The notes: generated by a model not told the origin, from the sequence alone. A DNA stretch of 64,000 nucleotides from [Candidatus Thermochlorobacteriaceae] bacterium GBChlB (GCA_000724175.1 JPGV01000018.1:15647-79646); one strand, 5' to 3'; positions 1 to 9,503 are shown, numbered from the stretch's first letter. Numbers and translations: made by a program.

Positions 1-386
1 TTCACTGCAAGTGCCAGAAGATCTTTCATCGGCGCATCGATATGCCAAAAAGAATTGAGTGCATTCAGTACCGCTGCCGCGTCGCTCGACCCACCGCCCA
101 AACCTGCGCCGTAGGGAATGCGCTTCTCTAAAAAAATCTTAACGCCTGCATTGATGCCAAACGCCTCCTTTAAGCTTTTTGCAGCTTTCAGACAAAGGTT
201 GGTGTCGTCGCTGGGCAAGCGGTCGTCATCGCAGGTCATTTCAAGGCGGTCGGACGATTCAAACGAGAGTGTGTCGCTCCAATCAATCGGAGCGAAGATG
301 GTTTCAAGCAAGTGGTATCCATTGGGCAAGCGGTCGGTGATGAACAACGCAAGGTTGATTTTAGCGAAGGCGCGGCGTTGTAGCAT
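1..386 (-). CDS. ispE: 4-diphosphocytidyl-2-C-methyl-D-erythritol kinase (IspE), N-terminal part; the 3' end runs off the window
   Basis: Own translation of the minus strand from ATG at 386-384: MLQRRAFAKINLALFITDRLPNGYHLLETIF...EKRIPYGAGLGGGSSDAAAVLNALN. It has the GHMP-kinase P-x-GAGLGGGSSDAA motif and an IspE-type N-terminus. It is absent from the ORF track because it is open at the window edge. Confidence 0.85.
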   Translation of the reverse strand, partial: MLQRRAFAKINLALFITDRLPNGYHLLETIFAPIDWSDTLSFESSDRLEMTCDDDRLPSDDTNLCLKAAKSLKEAFGINAGVKIFLEKRIPYGAGLGGGSSDAAAVLNALNSFWHIDAPMKDLLALAV

Positions 387-555
387 AGATATTGAGCGCG
401 TGAGTCGGTCGTGTTGTTTCCGCCTAATTTTTTGTGGAATTTATCAGGGGAACTTACGAAACTTGTTTCTTATGCAAAAAAGAGATGAATCGCGTTAAAG
501 TCATTTTTTATCTCCGTCATATTACCGAAGCGGTGAGATGTGTCGCGGTTGTATG

Positions 556-1347
556 TCAATACGAATGCGCTTGTCGATACATTGACATGAAAATGCCTGC
601 TGCAACTGCCGCGTTAAGCGACTCAACGGCGCTGGCGTCGCCTGAAATTGCAAGCCGTTTATCCGACGCCTTCAGCACGCCATCGCTGACGCCGCGCCCT
701 TCATTGCCGATAACCAAACCAAGTTTTGCAGGCAGTGTTTTTGTGGTTACCGCCTCGCCGTCGAGCGCGGAAGCGCAAATGATGTAGCCGCGTTGTTTGA
801 GCAACGCGGTGTCTTGAAGAAATTGCCGGCTGCGAATGAGCGGCACAGCAAACAAACTTCCGGCGCTACTTCTGACCGCTTTCGGATTGAAAAAATCGGC
901 GGTGTCTGCATTGGCAAGTATCATATCGGCGCCGAACCATGCGGCCGTGCGGACAATCGTGCCAACATTGCCTGCGTCTTGCAGACCATTGAGCAGCACT
1001 GCCAACGATTTTTTTTTCGAGGCACGCGCATTTAACACATCGGAAAGCAACCAAACGGGTTGGCGACAGACAGCAATCACGTCTTGCGGCGCATCGGTAT
1101 TTGCCAAACGGTTAAATTCACTTTCGGGTAAGGTGAAAGTTTTATTGACGAAGTTGGCGGAAAACTCAAACGACCTGCCGTTACGCACAACAAGGGCAGT
1201 GAGAATGTCGGCGGCGTTTGGGCGCGCTAAAATCTCGGCGACCGCACGGTTGCCTTCAGCGAGAAAAAGTCCCTCCTCATCACGGTATTTTTTATCGTGC
1301 AGTTTTGCAAAGGCTTTCAACTTGGCGTTGCTGAGCAGTGTCATCAT
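556..1347 (-). CDS. TrmH/SpoU-family RNA 2'-O-methyltransferase
   Basis: 263-aa ORF with an L30e-like N-terminal part (LFLAEGNRAV) and SpoU motifs (LLNGLQDAGNVGTIVRTA, LVIGNEGRGVS, ESLNAAVAAGI). Confidence 0.8.
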   Translation of the reverse strand: MMTLLSNAKLKAFAKLHDKKYRDEEGLFLAEGNRAVAEILARPNAADILTALVVRNGRSFEFSANFVNKTFTLPESEFNRLANTDAPQDVIAVCRQPVWLLSDVLNARASKKKSLAVLLNGLQDAGNVGTIVRTAAWFGADMILANADTADFFNPKAVRSSAGSLFAVPLIRSRQFLQDTALLKQRGYIICASALDGEAVTTKTLPAKLGLVIGNEGRGVSDGVLKASDKRLAISGDASAVESLNAAVAAGIFMSMYRQAHSY

Positions 1348-1361
1348 TCAACGATGCAAAC

Positions 1362-2300
1362 TTACTGCATCTCAAAGGCAGCCGAGCGCCAGTTGTCGCA
1401 TACGTCGTTGTGTTGAACGGGAATGCCGAGGGCGTTGCAGAGTCCCGCCTGCGCATCATGCGATTGGCACTTCACGCATTTTCTTAACCCGCCGCCTTTG
1501 TGAACGCCGCGCATTCGTGCCAGCGCTCTGGGCGACATTTCCCCGTTCTGCATCGTTGAAATTTGCGCCAGAATTTCATCGCCCATAATTGGCGGCGGAC
1601 CGAGTTTGAGCGTTTCTTGGTCGTGGCCGCTCATACACCGCTTGATGTAATCGTAGAAACTAACCATATCGAGCGACGTTTGCGGATGCGACGACATGTT
1701 CTTTTCGGCTTGCGGCGGCGGATTTTTTTCCTTGTCCAAAAGTTCAGCGACCATCACGCGCACTTCGTCCCCAGAGACGCCTTTATAGCCCATGCGCTTG
1801 AGCATTTTCTCAATCGTTGCGTTATCCATGCCCCCAAGCGTTTGGCTGAGTTTCTCCATGCCGCCAAACATCGGCGCCTGTGAGATGAGCGCGGTCTGTA
1901 ATTTTTCTTTCGGCGTTGGCTCTTGTGTCTCTGAGCTGTCGTCGGTAGGCGCAATGCTTGAGGCAGCGGAAGAGAAGTGATGATTTGGTTTCGGCTGCGA
2001 AAACTCAAAGCGCTTTGGTTTCAGAAAGTCGTCGTCAATGACATAGCCATCGCGCAAGAGTTGCGCTTGGTCTTCTTTGGAACGCTTCGCCCGGCGCATC
2101 GAGACGCTCTCGACCAACGGTCGTCCCACATTCACTGACGAAAAATCAACTGCGAAAATAATTGCGGCAATGGCGAGAAACACACCGAGCGACAGCAAAA
2201 TCAATTCTAAATTCTTGCCGACAGTGGCAACCAACACCGCTTGCGAGATAAGATAAAACGCCGCGACAATCAGCAGCGCACGAGATTTACGGTTTTCCAT
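1362..2300 (-). CDS. Hypothetical membrane protein with two N-terminal TM helices and a C-terminal Cys4 motif
   Basis: 312-aa ORF with hydrophobic helices at residues ~8-27 and ~33-52. The C-terminus reads CVKC-x9-C-x12-C-x2-W. I do not recognise a family. Confidence 0.55.
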   Translation of the reverse strand: MENRKSRALLIVAAFYLISQAVLVATVGKNLELILLSLGVFLAIAAIIFAVDFSSVNVGRPLVESVSMRRAKRSKEDQAQLLRDGYVIDDDFLKPKRFEFSQPKPNHHFSSAASSIAPTDDSSETQEPTPKEKLQTALISQAPMFGGMEKLSQTLGGMDNATIEKMLKRMGYKGVSGDEVRVMVAELLDKEKNPPPQAEKNMSSHPQTSLDMVSFYDYIKRCMSGHDQETLKLGPPPIMGDEILAQISTMQNGEMSPRALARMRGVHKGGGLRKCVKCQSHDAQAGLCNALGIPVQHNDVCDNWRSAAFEMQ

Positions 2301-2418
2301 ACAGAACGCTCCTTCCCTGAAAAATTGAACCCCAACCGCAGGCCTGCAGTCGGCAAACAGTCAACTCGAATATATCGTTTGATTCAGCGAATCAGGTGGC
2401 AAACTTCTGTAAGAAGTC

Positions 2419-2688
2419 TTATGCCGTAGTCGCTTTGGACGATTTCAGCGCAGGCGGCGTTTTAATGAGTTCCGGCTTGACCTCGCGTAAAAAATCTTCC
2501 ACGTTCATCATGGCGCCGTCGGTCATGCGGCGAATCGCAGTGGCAAGCAGTGTGGCTTCTTTGACGGTAAGTTTATCGAGCGATTGGGTGGCAAGTTCAT
2601 TGAGATAGGCTTCGCTTAACCCAGTTGGTTCAACGAGCGCCGAGAGTTTGATTTTTTTTGCTTTTAGTATCTGTCCGAATTTCGTCAT
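2419..2688 (-). CDS. Small hypothetical protein, possible helix-turn-helix DNA binding
   Basis: The ORF track gives 2419..2766. I prefer the internal ATG at 2688 (MTKFGQILKAKKIKLSALVEPTGLSEAYLNELA...), which gives an HTH-like pattern. The function call is weak. Confidence 0.4.
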   Translation of the reverse strand: MTKFGQILKAKKIKLSALVEPTGLSEAYLNELATQSLDKLTVKEATLLATAIRRMTDGAMMNVEDFLREVKPELIKTPPALKSSKATTA

Positions 2689-2798
2689 AGTCGTAGCGCA
2701 GTTTTGGTTGTGAAAGTAACAAACCTTTCTGTGGTAAAATTTCGGTGTTGTGCCGCTTTTTTGCAAGCGCTTCTTTCAGCGCGCTCGTGGAGCGCAGG

Positions 2799-4229
2799 TC
2801 AGAAGCGGTCTCCGAATTGCGTTGGCGTGACGAACTCCGATTCAAATCGGACGCCGAAGTGATACGCAAAGGCTTTGACATGCGGAATTTCGCGTGCGAA
2901 ATCTTCAACGTCCTCGAGGTCGGTATGCACAGGGTCTTTGGAAACCGTGGTGTCGTGCAAAAAGAGCTCCGCGTTTGAAAACCATTCCGACGATTGAACC
3001 TCGTAAGCGGCTTTGTCTATCGAGCCGTTTTGCAGGCGCGCGTCGAGCAGGCGCTTCGAGTAGAGCGTGTCGCCAGAGACGCCGATGGTGCGCCCGTTGT
3101 AGCTCAAGCGAAATCCAATGGTAGGAATCGGGTGGTAGTTCTCTCGAATGTCAATCGTGCAACCGTGATAATTTTGAAATTTCTCGCGGTCGTTGAGGTC
3201 ATGAAAATCAATATTTCCTGTAATGTCGCCGAAGATGGGATTAAAAATCGTTTGAAGTTGGGCGTAAATCGCAGGCGTGCTGAGTAAGTTTAGCCGTTCA
3301 TCGCGGTCGAGTTTGCGTTGAAAGAGCGCGCTGAATCCCTCAATATGGTCTTCGTGGCAGTGTGTAATCATAAAGTCGGTGGCATAGTCGGGATTGACGC
3401 CGAGTTGCGCGGCTTTTTCGTAGAAGCGCGCGGGTGGGTCGACCCACACCAATCGGTTGCCATAGAAGAAAATAAAATTGCTGGTTACGCCCGGCTTCGT
3501 GCCGATGCCGTTGCCACCGACAATAAGTCCTAATTTTTCGCCATCGAACTTTAACGGCTCGACTTGCGAGAGCAGCATATCTACATAAAGCGAACCGGTT
3601 TTGCCGCCGTTGCTGACGGGATACTGTGCCGAATCGAACACTAATTTTTGCTTGTCGTAAATTTTAACGCCGTCGGGATTTGAGACATCGAGTCGGACTT
3701 GTCCAAGTTCAACCACATCAGATGAGGCATGCCATTCAAAGACGTCGTCGACCCACCGGCGCGACACAAATTTGGCTTGGCGATTGCCGAGCTCATCGTG
3801 GACGAAATCGCCATTCATCGTCAGTTCCAAGCGTTGATAGAGCGAGCGCAGGAACGGCTCTTGTCCGATGAACTTTATTTTGTGCGGACGAGCATAGTCG
3901 ATAAAGCGCGATGTCCAAAGCTCAAACTCGTAGCCCGTTTGTGTATCGCCAAGTTGAGTTACAACGGGCGCAGTCACGCAGGCAGCAACCGGCAGTTTTC
4001 TTAATTGCGGAAAATACGTTTTGAAGAGTTCGGGAACGGTATTGACCTGAATAAGCCCGGCGGAGGTTTCGACCAGATAGGCGCAGAGCGATAAATCTGA
4101 CCCGCCAACGCGATAGACGCCGTTTCCATACGTGTAGAAGTTGCTTGACACGCGCTTCGGTGCTTTTGCAACAGGGTGCATAGCGAGGTAAATCCTTTCT
4201 TCTGTGGTTAAACTGCTCATCATCGTCAA
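2799..4229 (-). CDS. MBL-fold metallo-hydrolase with a ~230-aa N-terminal extension
   Basis: 476-aa ORF. The metallo-beta-lactamase HxHxDH motif is present as ITHCHEDHIEGF, with downstream GDT and HD motifs. Confidence 0.7.
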   Translation of the reverse strand: MTMMSSLTTEERIYLAMHPVAKAPKRVSSNFYTYGNGVYRVGGSDLSLCAYLVETSAGLIQVNTVPELFKTYFPQLRKLPVAACVTAPVVTQLGDTQTGYEFELWTSRFIDYARPHKIKFIGQEPFLRSLYQRLELTMNGDFVHDELGNRQAKFVSRRWVDDVFEWHASSDVVELGQVRLDVSNPDGVKIYDKQKLVFDSAQYPVSNGGKTGSLYVDMLLSQVEPLKFDGEKLGLIVGGNGIGTKPGVTSNFIFFYGNRLVWVDPPARFYEKAAQLGVNPDYATDFMITHCHEDHIEGFSALFQRKLDRDERLNLLSTPAIYAQLQTIFNPIFGDITGNIDFHDLNDREKFQNYHGCTIDIRENYHPIPTIGFRLSYNGRTIGVSGDTLYSKRLLDARLQNGSIDKAAYEVQSSEWFSNAELFLHDTTVSKDPVHTDLEDVEDFAREIPHVKAFAYHFGVRFESEFVTPTQFGDRF

Positions 4230-4248
4230 TGCTTACTGTCAGGCGCAT

Positions 4249-4788
4249 TCAACAGCGACGCGGCTCAGAGGCTTCTTCAGCTCGGTATGCGCGGACATAG
4301 TTGATATAATTTTGCGGCGACGTGTTAACTGTTTGGCGCTCTTCGGGCGTAAGCGGGCGAATGACTTTCGCAGGAACGCCAGCGACTAACATCCCCGACG
4401 GCACAACGAAGCCCGATTTAACGACGGCGCCCGCCGCCACCAACGAATATGGCTCAACGACGCACTTGTCCAGCAAAATAGCACCCATGCCAATAAGCAC
4501 AAATGACCTAACTGTGCAGGCGTGCAGAACGGCGTTATGCCCGATGGTTACGTCGTCTTCAATGGTTAAAGGGCCAGTGTCGTGGGTAACATGCAAGGTT
4601 GCATTGTCTTGCACATTTGTCCGCTTTCCGATGCGAATCGGACACACATCGCCACGCACAACGGCGTTAAACCAAATACTGCTCAGTTCTCCAACCTCAA
4701 CATCTCCAACAATCACCGCGCCGTCGCAGACAAAGACGCTCTCGTGCAGCGCTGGAAATTTGCCTTTGTAGGGTAGCAACGTCGGCAT
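4249..4788 (-). CDS. Gamma-carbonic-anhydrase-like / hexapeptide-repeat protein (YrdA/PaaY family)
   Basis: Left-handed beta-helix hexapeptide repeats (VGDVEVGELSSIWFNAVVRGD...IGKRTNVQDNATLHVTH...IGHNAVLH). Start placed at the internal ATG (MPTLLPYKGKFP), giving the usual ~180 aa; the track ORF extends to 4890. Confidence 0.8.
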   Translation of the reverse strand: MPTLLPYKGKFPALHESVFVCDGAVIVGDVEVGELSSIWFNAVVRGDVCPIRIGKRTNVQDNATLHVTHDTGPLTIEDDVTIGHNAVLHACTVRSFVLIGMGAILLDKCVVEPYSLVAAGAVVKSGFVVPSGMLVAGVPAKVIRPLTPEERQTVNTSPQNYINYVRAYRAEEASEPRRC

Positions 4789-5041
4789 CGAAAAGAATTT
4801 ATTGAACAGAACCCACTCTTGTCGTGATGTGTCACTGCAAACTGTTTCGTGAATTAGGCGTATGTTAACCTTTTGGCGTGCAATTCCCAAATTACCTGAG
4901 CATTGCTAACTTGTTGAAAAATTGCGTCAGTAAATTTCACTCGATAATAGAAAGATGTTTTTGGAAAAATTGAAGCGGCCTTGTGGAACGTCGCATCGCA
5001 ATTGTGTCTTGCTCTAAGTTGTTCAAACTTCGCTATGTGGT

Positions 5042-5773
5042 ATGTCGATTTTACGCTCGGAACATTTGAAGAAGGTCTATAAAAAGCGCGTCGTCGTCAA
5101 AGACTCGTCGATTGATGTGCAGCAGGGAGAAATTGTCGGGCTGCTTGGTCCAAACGGCGCCGGCAAGACGACGACGTTTTACATGATGGTTGGCTTCGTT
5201 AATCCCGACGGCGGGCGCGTCTTTCTCGACGATAAAAACATCACGCGCGAACCGATGTATAAACGCGCTCGATTAGGCATTGGGTATTTGCCGCAAGAGC
5301 CGTCGGTCTTTCGAAAACTCACCGTCGAGGAAAATATCTTAGGTATTCTGGAATTTTCATCGCTCCCGAAAAAAGCGCAAAAAGAGCGCACGGAAAAATT
5401 GCTTGAAGAGTTCAACATTACCCACATCCGGAAATCGCCCGGCTATGCGCTCTCTGGCGGCGAGCGGCGACGAACCGAAATCGCCCGCGCGCTGGCGATT
5501 GAACCGAAGTTTATTTTGCTCGACGAGCCATTTGCGGGCGTCGACCCGATCGCCGTTGAGGACATTCAGCGCACTGTCGCCGACCTCAAACAACGCAACA
5601 TCGGCGTGCTCATTACTGACCATAATGTTCACGAGACGCTCTCCATTACCGACCGCGCTTACCTGATGTTTGAAGGAAAAATTTTGATGCAAGGCACTGC
5701 GCAGCAGCTCGCCGAAGACGAAGACGCGCGGAAATTGTATTTGGGCGAAAAATTCACGCTCGACCGATACTGA
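5042..5773 (+). CDS. lptB: LPS export ABC transporter ATP-binding protein LptB
   Basis: 243 aa with Walker [14 protein letters not shown], signature LSGGERRR and Walker B ILLDEP. The LptB-typical length and C-terminus ([10 protein letters not shown]) are present. Confidence 0.85.
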   Translation: MSILRSEHLKKVYKKRVVVKDSSIDVQQGEIVGLLGPNGAGKTTTFYMMVGFVNPDGGRVFLDDKNITREPMYKRARLGIGYLPQEPSVFRKLTVEENILGILEFSSLPKKAQKERTEKLLEEFNITHIRKSPGYALSGGERRRTEIARALAIEPKFILLDEPFAGVDPIAVEDIQRTVADLKQRNIGVLITDHNVHETLSITDRAYLMFEGKILMQGTAQQLAEDEDARKLYLGEKFTLDRY

Positions 5774-5846
5774 CGCTCTGCGAGCACAAAAACTTGACAA
5801 AACGTTAAACTCGAAACGACCGAAAAACTTTTATCTTTGGTCGTCC

Positions 5847-5892
5847 AGCGTTTTCCAGCGCGTAGTTTCAAGCGTTTTCCAGCACGTAGTTT
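5847..5892 (+). repeat. Two tandem copies of a 22-nt unit (agcgttttccagcRcgtagttt, period 24)
   Basis: 5847-5868 and 5871-5892 differ at one position. They lie in the lptB / sensor-phosphatase intergenic region. Confidence 0.8.
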
Positions 5893-5910
5893 TTAATCCT
5901 GATTCATTAA

Positions 5911-5940
5911 TCCTGAACAACCTTGAACAACCTTGAACAA
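5911..5940 (+). repeat. Three tandem 10-nt units (ccttgaacaa x2 plus a degenerate tcctgaacaa) ending 2 nt before the ATG at 5943
   Basis: Read directly: tcctgaacaa ccttgaacaa ccttgaacaa ca ATG. In addition, aatcctga occurs twice (5895-5902 and 5909-5916). Confidence 0.85.
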
Positions 5941-5942
5941 CA

Positions 5943-8900
5943 ATGCGTAACTTGTGCCTGACCATCTTGTTGTGCTTACATTACCTAATCCTTGCCACTG
6001 TCGCTTTTGCGCAAGACCCGAAAGATTTAAAATTCGATAAATATTCAACCGACCAAGGGCTGTCGCAAAGCAACATCACAGCCATCGTTCAAGACAAGAT
6101 GGGCTTTGTTTGGCTTGGCACAACAGACGGGCTGAACCGCTTCGACGGCTACAACTTCACCGTGTTCGTCAACGACCCGCAAGTGCCGACCTCAATTTCA
6201 AGCAACGCCATTCAAGCCTTGTGTATTGACCGAAGCGGTGTATTGTGGGTTGGCACGCAGTCTGGGCTTTGTCGCACGACCGATGGCGGACTTAGCTTCG
6301 AGCGCTTGAAAGGCGAGCAAAATGCCACACTGCACAACGACAACATCACGGCAATTTTCGAGGAGAAGTCTGGCAACATACTCATTGGCACACAAGGCGG
6401 GCTTTACAAAACAAGCGACGGCGGCAAGAGCTTCAAGCAAATCGGCAATGATGCCCGCAAAGGCGCCAGCCTCGTTAGCGACGTCATTACAGCGATTACG
6501 GCGGATAACAACGGCGTTCTTTGGGTCGGCACCTTCGGCGGCGGCGTGGCAAAATCAACCGATGGCGGACAAACTTTCACATCGTTTCAACACAATCCCG
6601 ACAACGCCAAAACCATCAGCAGCGATACGATTACGGGCATTGCTATTGACAAAAAAAACCGCGTTTGGATTACCACCTTCGGCGGCGGCTTGAACGGACT
6701 TTACCCGAACCGAAAGGACTTCGACCGGCTGCGACACAGCCTCAATCGCTCCGACGACGATATGATGACCTCGATATGCCTTGCCAACGACGAGAACCTG
6801 TGGATAGGCTCGGTCGGTCGGCTCTGGCGGTATAATCCAAACTCTAAAAAAGAGCCTTGGCGAAACTATACCGTTGCACGTGGTTTGAGCGACAATCACA
6901 TCACGGTGGTCTATCAAGACAAAGCCGGGCTTATTTGGGCAGGAACATTCGGCGGCGGCGTCAATATCACTGACCCGTATGGCTCGGCAAAATTTGACTA
7001 TGTGATTGTCAAGCGGCGCAACCCGCGCGACGACCGATTCTACAACGAAGACGTCTCTGCTGTTTGGGAAGAAGGCACAGACAAGGACGGCTATCCGATA
7101 TTGCTTGTCGGCACAACGAGCAACGGGCTGTTTCGCGTCTATAAAAATATCTTGAGCCGTCTGCCGATTGAAGAGGCAAAAGCGGCTGCGCCCGCTGCTG
7201 GCAAAGGCAAAAAATCAAAACCCGTCAAGCGCAAAGCCAAACCCGCCAAGCAAGGCAAAAAAGTTGAGGCCAAAAAAAGTGAACGCACGCTCAGCAGTAA
7301 CTCTGTATCGGTGCTCCTGCGCGATAAGTCGGGCGTGCTGTGGGTCGGCACGGATAACGGACTCAACTACTACGACACGACCGATGGCAGAGGCTTTGCC
7401 GTCTTCAAATCGACGTCGGACAATCCGAAAAGTTTGAACGACAATTTCATCACGGCGCTGTGCGAAGACAAGTCGGGCAACCTGTGGGTTGGCACGAAAA
7501 ACGGATTGCATAAGCTCGCCAAGGCGAACCGCTACGATACCACAAAGGGTGGGCAGTTTGCGCTGTTCAAGACGGCGAGCGGGCTGTCGAGCAACGACAT
7601 CACGGTGCTGTTCGAAGACAAATCGGGCGCGCTCTGGATTGGCACGCGCGACGCAGGACTTTGCCGCACCACCGACGGCGGCGCGACCTTCACCAAATTC
7701 ACTGCCAGCCCACAAGGGTTGACGAACAACACCATCACGTCGATTTGTCAGGATAAAAAAGGCGCGATTTGGGTGAGCATCTTAGGCGGCGGACTCTGTC
7801 GCACGGTCGATAACGGCGCGACCTTCACGCCGTTCCGCGAGCGCGACGGGCTTGCCAGCGATGTAGTCTTTGGCGCCGTTGCCGATGAAGACGGAAATCT
7901 CTGGCTCAAAACGCGCAAAGGCATCACGAAATTCTCGCCGCCTAACGACGTAGCTGCCAAAGACCGCAAAGGCGGCTTGTTCCGCAACTATGATAAACGC
8001 GACGGGCTTTTGGTCAGGCAGTTCGACGCCGGCGGCTACCATATTGGCGCATCAGGGGCAATTTATTTCGGCGGCTTGGGCGTTGTGCATACGTTTTACC
8101 CTGAAGATTTGAAGGACAACGATGATGCGTTTGTGCCCCCCGTTGTTATCACTGGGCTGACGAAGTTCGACGGCACACAATTTACGCGCGACAGCAGCAT
8201 TATCATCAAAAAAGACATTGAACTGGCGCCAAAAGATTATCTATTCACAGTCGAGTTCTCCGCGCTCTCGTATTACTTGCAGGAAAAAAATCAGTATCAA
8301 TACAAGCTCGAGGGCTTCGATAAAATTTGGGTCGACGCACGGAAAGGTCAGCACGAAGCCACCTATACCAATATCGAGCCCGGAAAATATGTCTTTCGCG
8401 TGAAAGCCGCTGGACCAGACGGCATTTGGAACGAAGAAGGCGCATCGCTGACGGTCGATATCGTGCCGCCATTGTGGAAACGCTTGTGGTTTCAGGTGTT
8501 GGCGTTTCTCTCTGGCGTTGGCTTGATTGTCGGCCTGACCTCGTTCACGCAGCAACAGCGCATCAAGCGTATTGAGCGTCAAAAGGAAGAACTGGAATTT
8601 CAAGTGCAGGCGCGAACCAAAGACCTCGCCGAAAGCAACCTGAAATTGGAACAAACCAACAAGAGCTTAGCCGAGAGCAAAAAGCAACTCGAGGAAAGTA
8701 ATCAGGAAATTTTGGAGAAAAATAGAGAGATTACGTCGAGCATTGAATACGCCAAAACCATTCAACTTGCGCTCCTCCCGAGCCGCGACCGCCTGAAACG
8801 TGCTTTGCTCGAATACTTTATTTTGTATCGACCAAAGGATATTGTATCGGGCGATTTTTATTGGCTGCATGAGACAACCGACAAAGTGATTTTTGTTGTA

Positions 8901-9503
8901 GCGGATTGCACAGGACACGGTGTGCCGGGCGCCTTCATGTCGATGATTGGTGAATCGCTGTTGGGTCAACTCGTTATTGAGAAGAACATCTCCAACCCTG
9001 CGCATATCCTCAATGAGATGCACAAGAATGTGCGTCAGGCGCTCAACCAAACCGATGAAATTGGAAGCGGACAAGATGGTATGGATATGGGTGTGTGCGT
9101 CATTTACAAAAGCGCAGAACTCGGCGGCACAAAGCGCGTGTGCTACGCGGGCGCGCGCCGGCCGCTCTACTACGTGAATGCGGGGAACGGCGAGTTTCAC
9201 GAAGTCAAAGGCGACAAATTTTCCATTGGCGGCTGGCAACGCGAAAGCGACCGAAAATACACCGCGCACGACCTCAATATCGAAATCGGCTCAATGCTTT
9301 ATATGACAACCGACGGCTACGCCGACCAACCCGACGCACAAATGCGCGTCTTCGCTGCCAAACGCCTGCGCGAATTTTTGAAGAACATCGCACTCGACAA
9401 AACTGAACGCCAGTTCAAACTATTGGAATCGGAACTCGAAAAGCATCAAGGGTCGGAGCCGCAGCGCGACGACATCACCGTAGTAGGAATCCGCGTCATA
9501 TAG
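5943..9503 (+). CDS. Sensor protein phosphatase (SiaA-like role): signal peptide, two beta-propeller repeat blocks, Y_Y_Y-type region, TM helix, coiled coil and SpoIIE/PP2C domain
   Basis: 1186 aa with many regulator-propeller blades (ITAIVQDKMGFVWLGTTDGLNRFDG and similar). One TM helix is present (LWFQVLAFLSGVGLIVGLTSF). The SpoIIE/PP2C motifs are SGDFYWL, VADCTGHGVPGAFMSMIG and TDGYADQ. Confidence 0.85.
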   Translation: MRNLCLTILLCLHYLILATVAFAQDPKDLKFDKYSTDQGLSQSNITAIVQDKMGFVWLGTTDGLNRFDGYNFTVFVNDPQVPTSISSNAIQALCIDRSGVLWVGTQSGLCRTTDGGLSFERLKGEQNATLHNDNITAIFEEKSGNILIGTQGGLYKTSDGGKSFKQIGNDARKGASLVSDVITAITADNNGVLWVGTFGGGVAKSTDGGQTFTSFQHNPDNAKTISSDTITGIAIDKKNRVWITTFGGGLNGLYPNRKDFDRLRHSLNRSDDDMMTSICLANDENLWIGSVGRLWRYNPNSKKEPWRNYTVARGLSDNHITVVYQDKAGLIWAGTFGGGVNITDPYGSAKFDYVIVKRRNPRDDRFYNEDVSAVWEEGTDKDGYPILLVGTTSNGLFRVYKNILSRLPIEEAKAAAPAAGKGKKSKPVKRKAKPAKQGKKVEAKKSERTLSSNSVSVLLRDKSGVLWVGTDNGLNYYDTTDGRGFAVFKSTSDNPKSLNDNFITALCEDKSGNLWVGTKNGLHKLAKANRYDTTKGGQFALFKTASGLSSNDITVLFEDKSGALWIGTRDAGLCRTTDGGATFTKFTASPQGLTNNTITSICQDKKGAIWVSILGGGLCRTVDNGATFTPFRERDGLASDVVFGAVADEDGNLWLKTRKGITKFSPPNDVAAKDRKGGLFRNYDKRDGLLVRQFDAGGYHIGASGAIYFGGLGVVHTFYPEDLKDNDDAFVPPVVITGLTKFDGTQFTRDSSIIIKKDIELAPKDYLFTVEFSALSYYLQEKNQYQYKLEGFDKIWVDARKGQHEATYTNIEPGKYVFRVKAAGPDGIWNEEGASLTVDIVPPLWKRLWFQVLAFLSGVGLIVGLTSFTQQQRIKRIERQKEELEFQVQARTKDLAESNLKLEQTNKSLAESKKQLEESNQEILEKNREITSSIEYAKTIQLALLPSRDRLKRALLEYFILYRPKDIVSGDFYWLHETTDKVIFVVADCTGHGVPGAFMSMIGESLLGQLVIEKNISNPAHILNEMHKNVRQALNQTDEIGSGQDGMDMGVCVIYKSAELGGTKRVCYAGARRPLYYVNAGNGEFHEVKGDKFSIGGWQRESDRKYTAHDLNIEIGSMLYMTTDGYADQPDAQMRVFAAKRLREFLKNIALDKTERQFKLLESELEKHQGSEPQRDDITVVGIRVI

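Noticed and set aside
836-1588. 250-aa plus-strand ORF, together with many similar long ORFs. These include 15567-16409(-), 30352-31020(+), 32509-33180(+), 42012-43043(+), 43742-44872(+), 46826-47545(-), 48077-48676(-), 50876-51556(-) and 53177-53863(-).
   Set aside because: All lie antisense to, or out of frame within, genes that have clear family motifs. Their translations are Arg/Ala/Ser-rich low-complexity sequences typical of shadow ORFs in moderately GC-rich DNA, and none shows a recognisable motif.
5847-5940. Possible CRISPR array or minisatellite upstream of the sensor phosphatase.
   Set aside because: There are only 2-3 directly abutting copies with no unique spacers, and the units are 10-24 nt. 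This is not CRISPR architecture, so I kept it as a tandem-repeat or regulatory observation.
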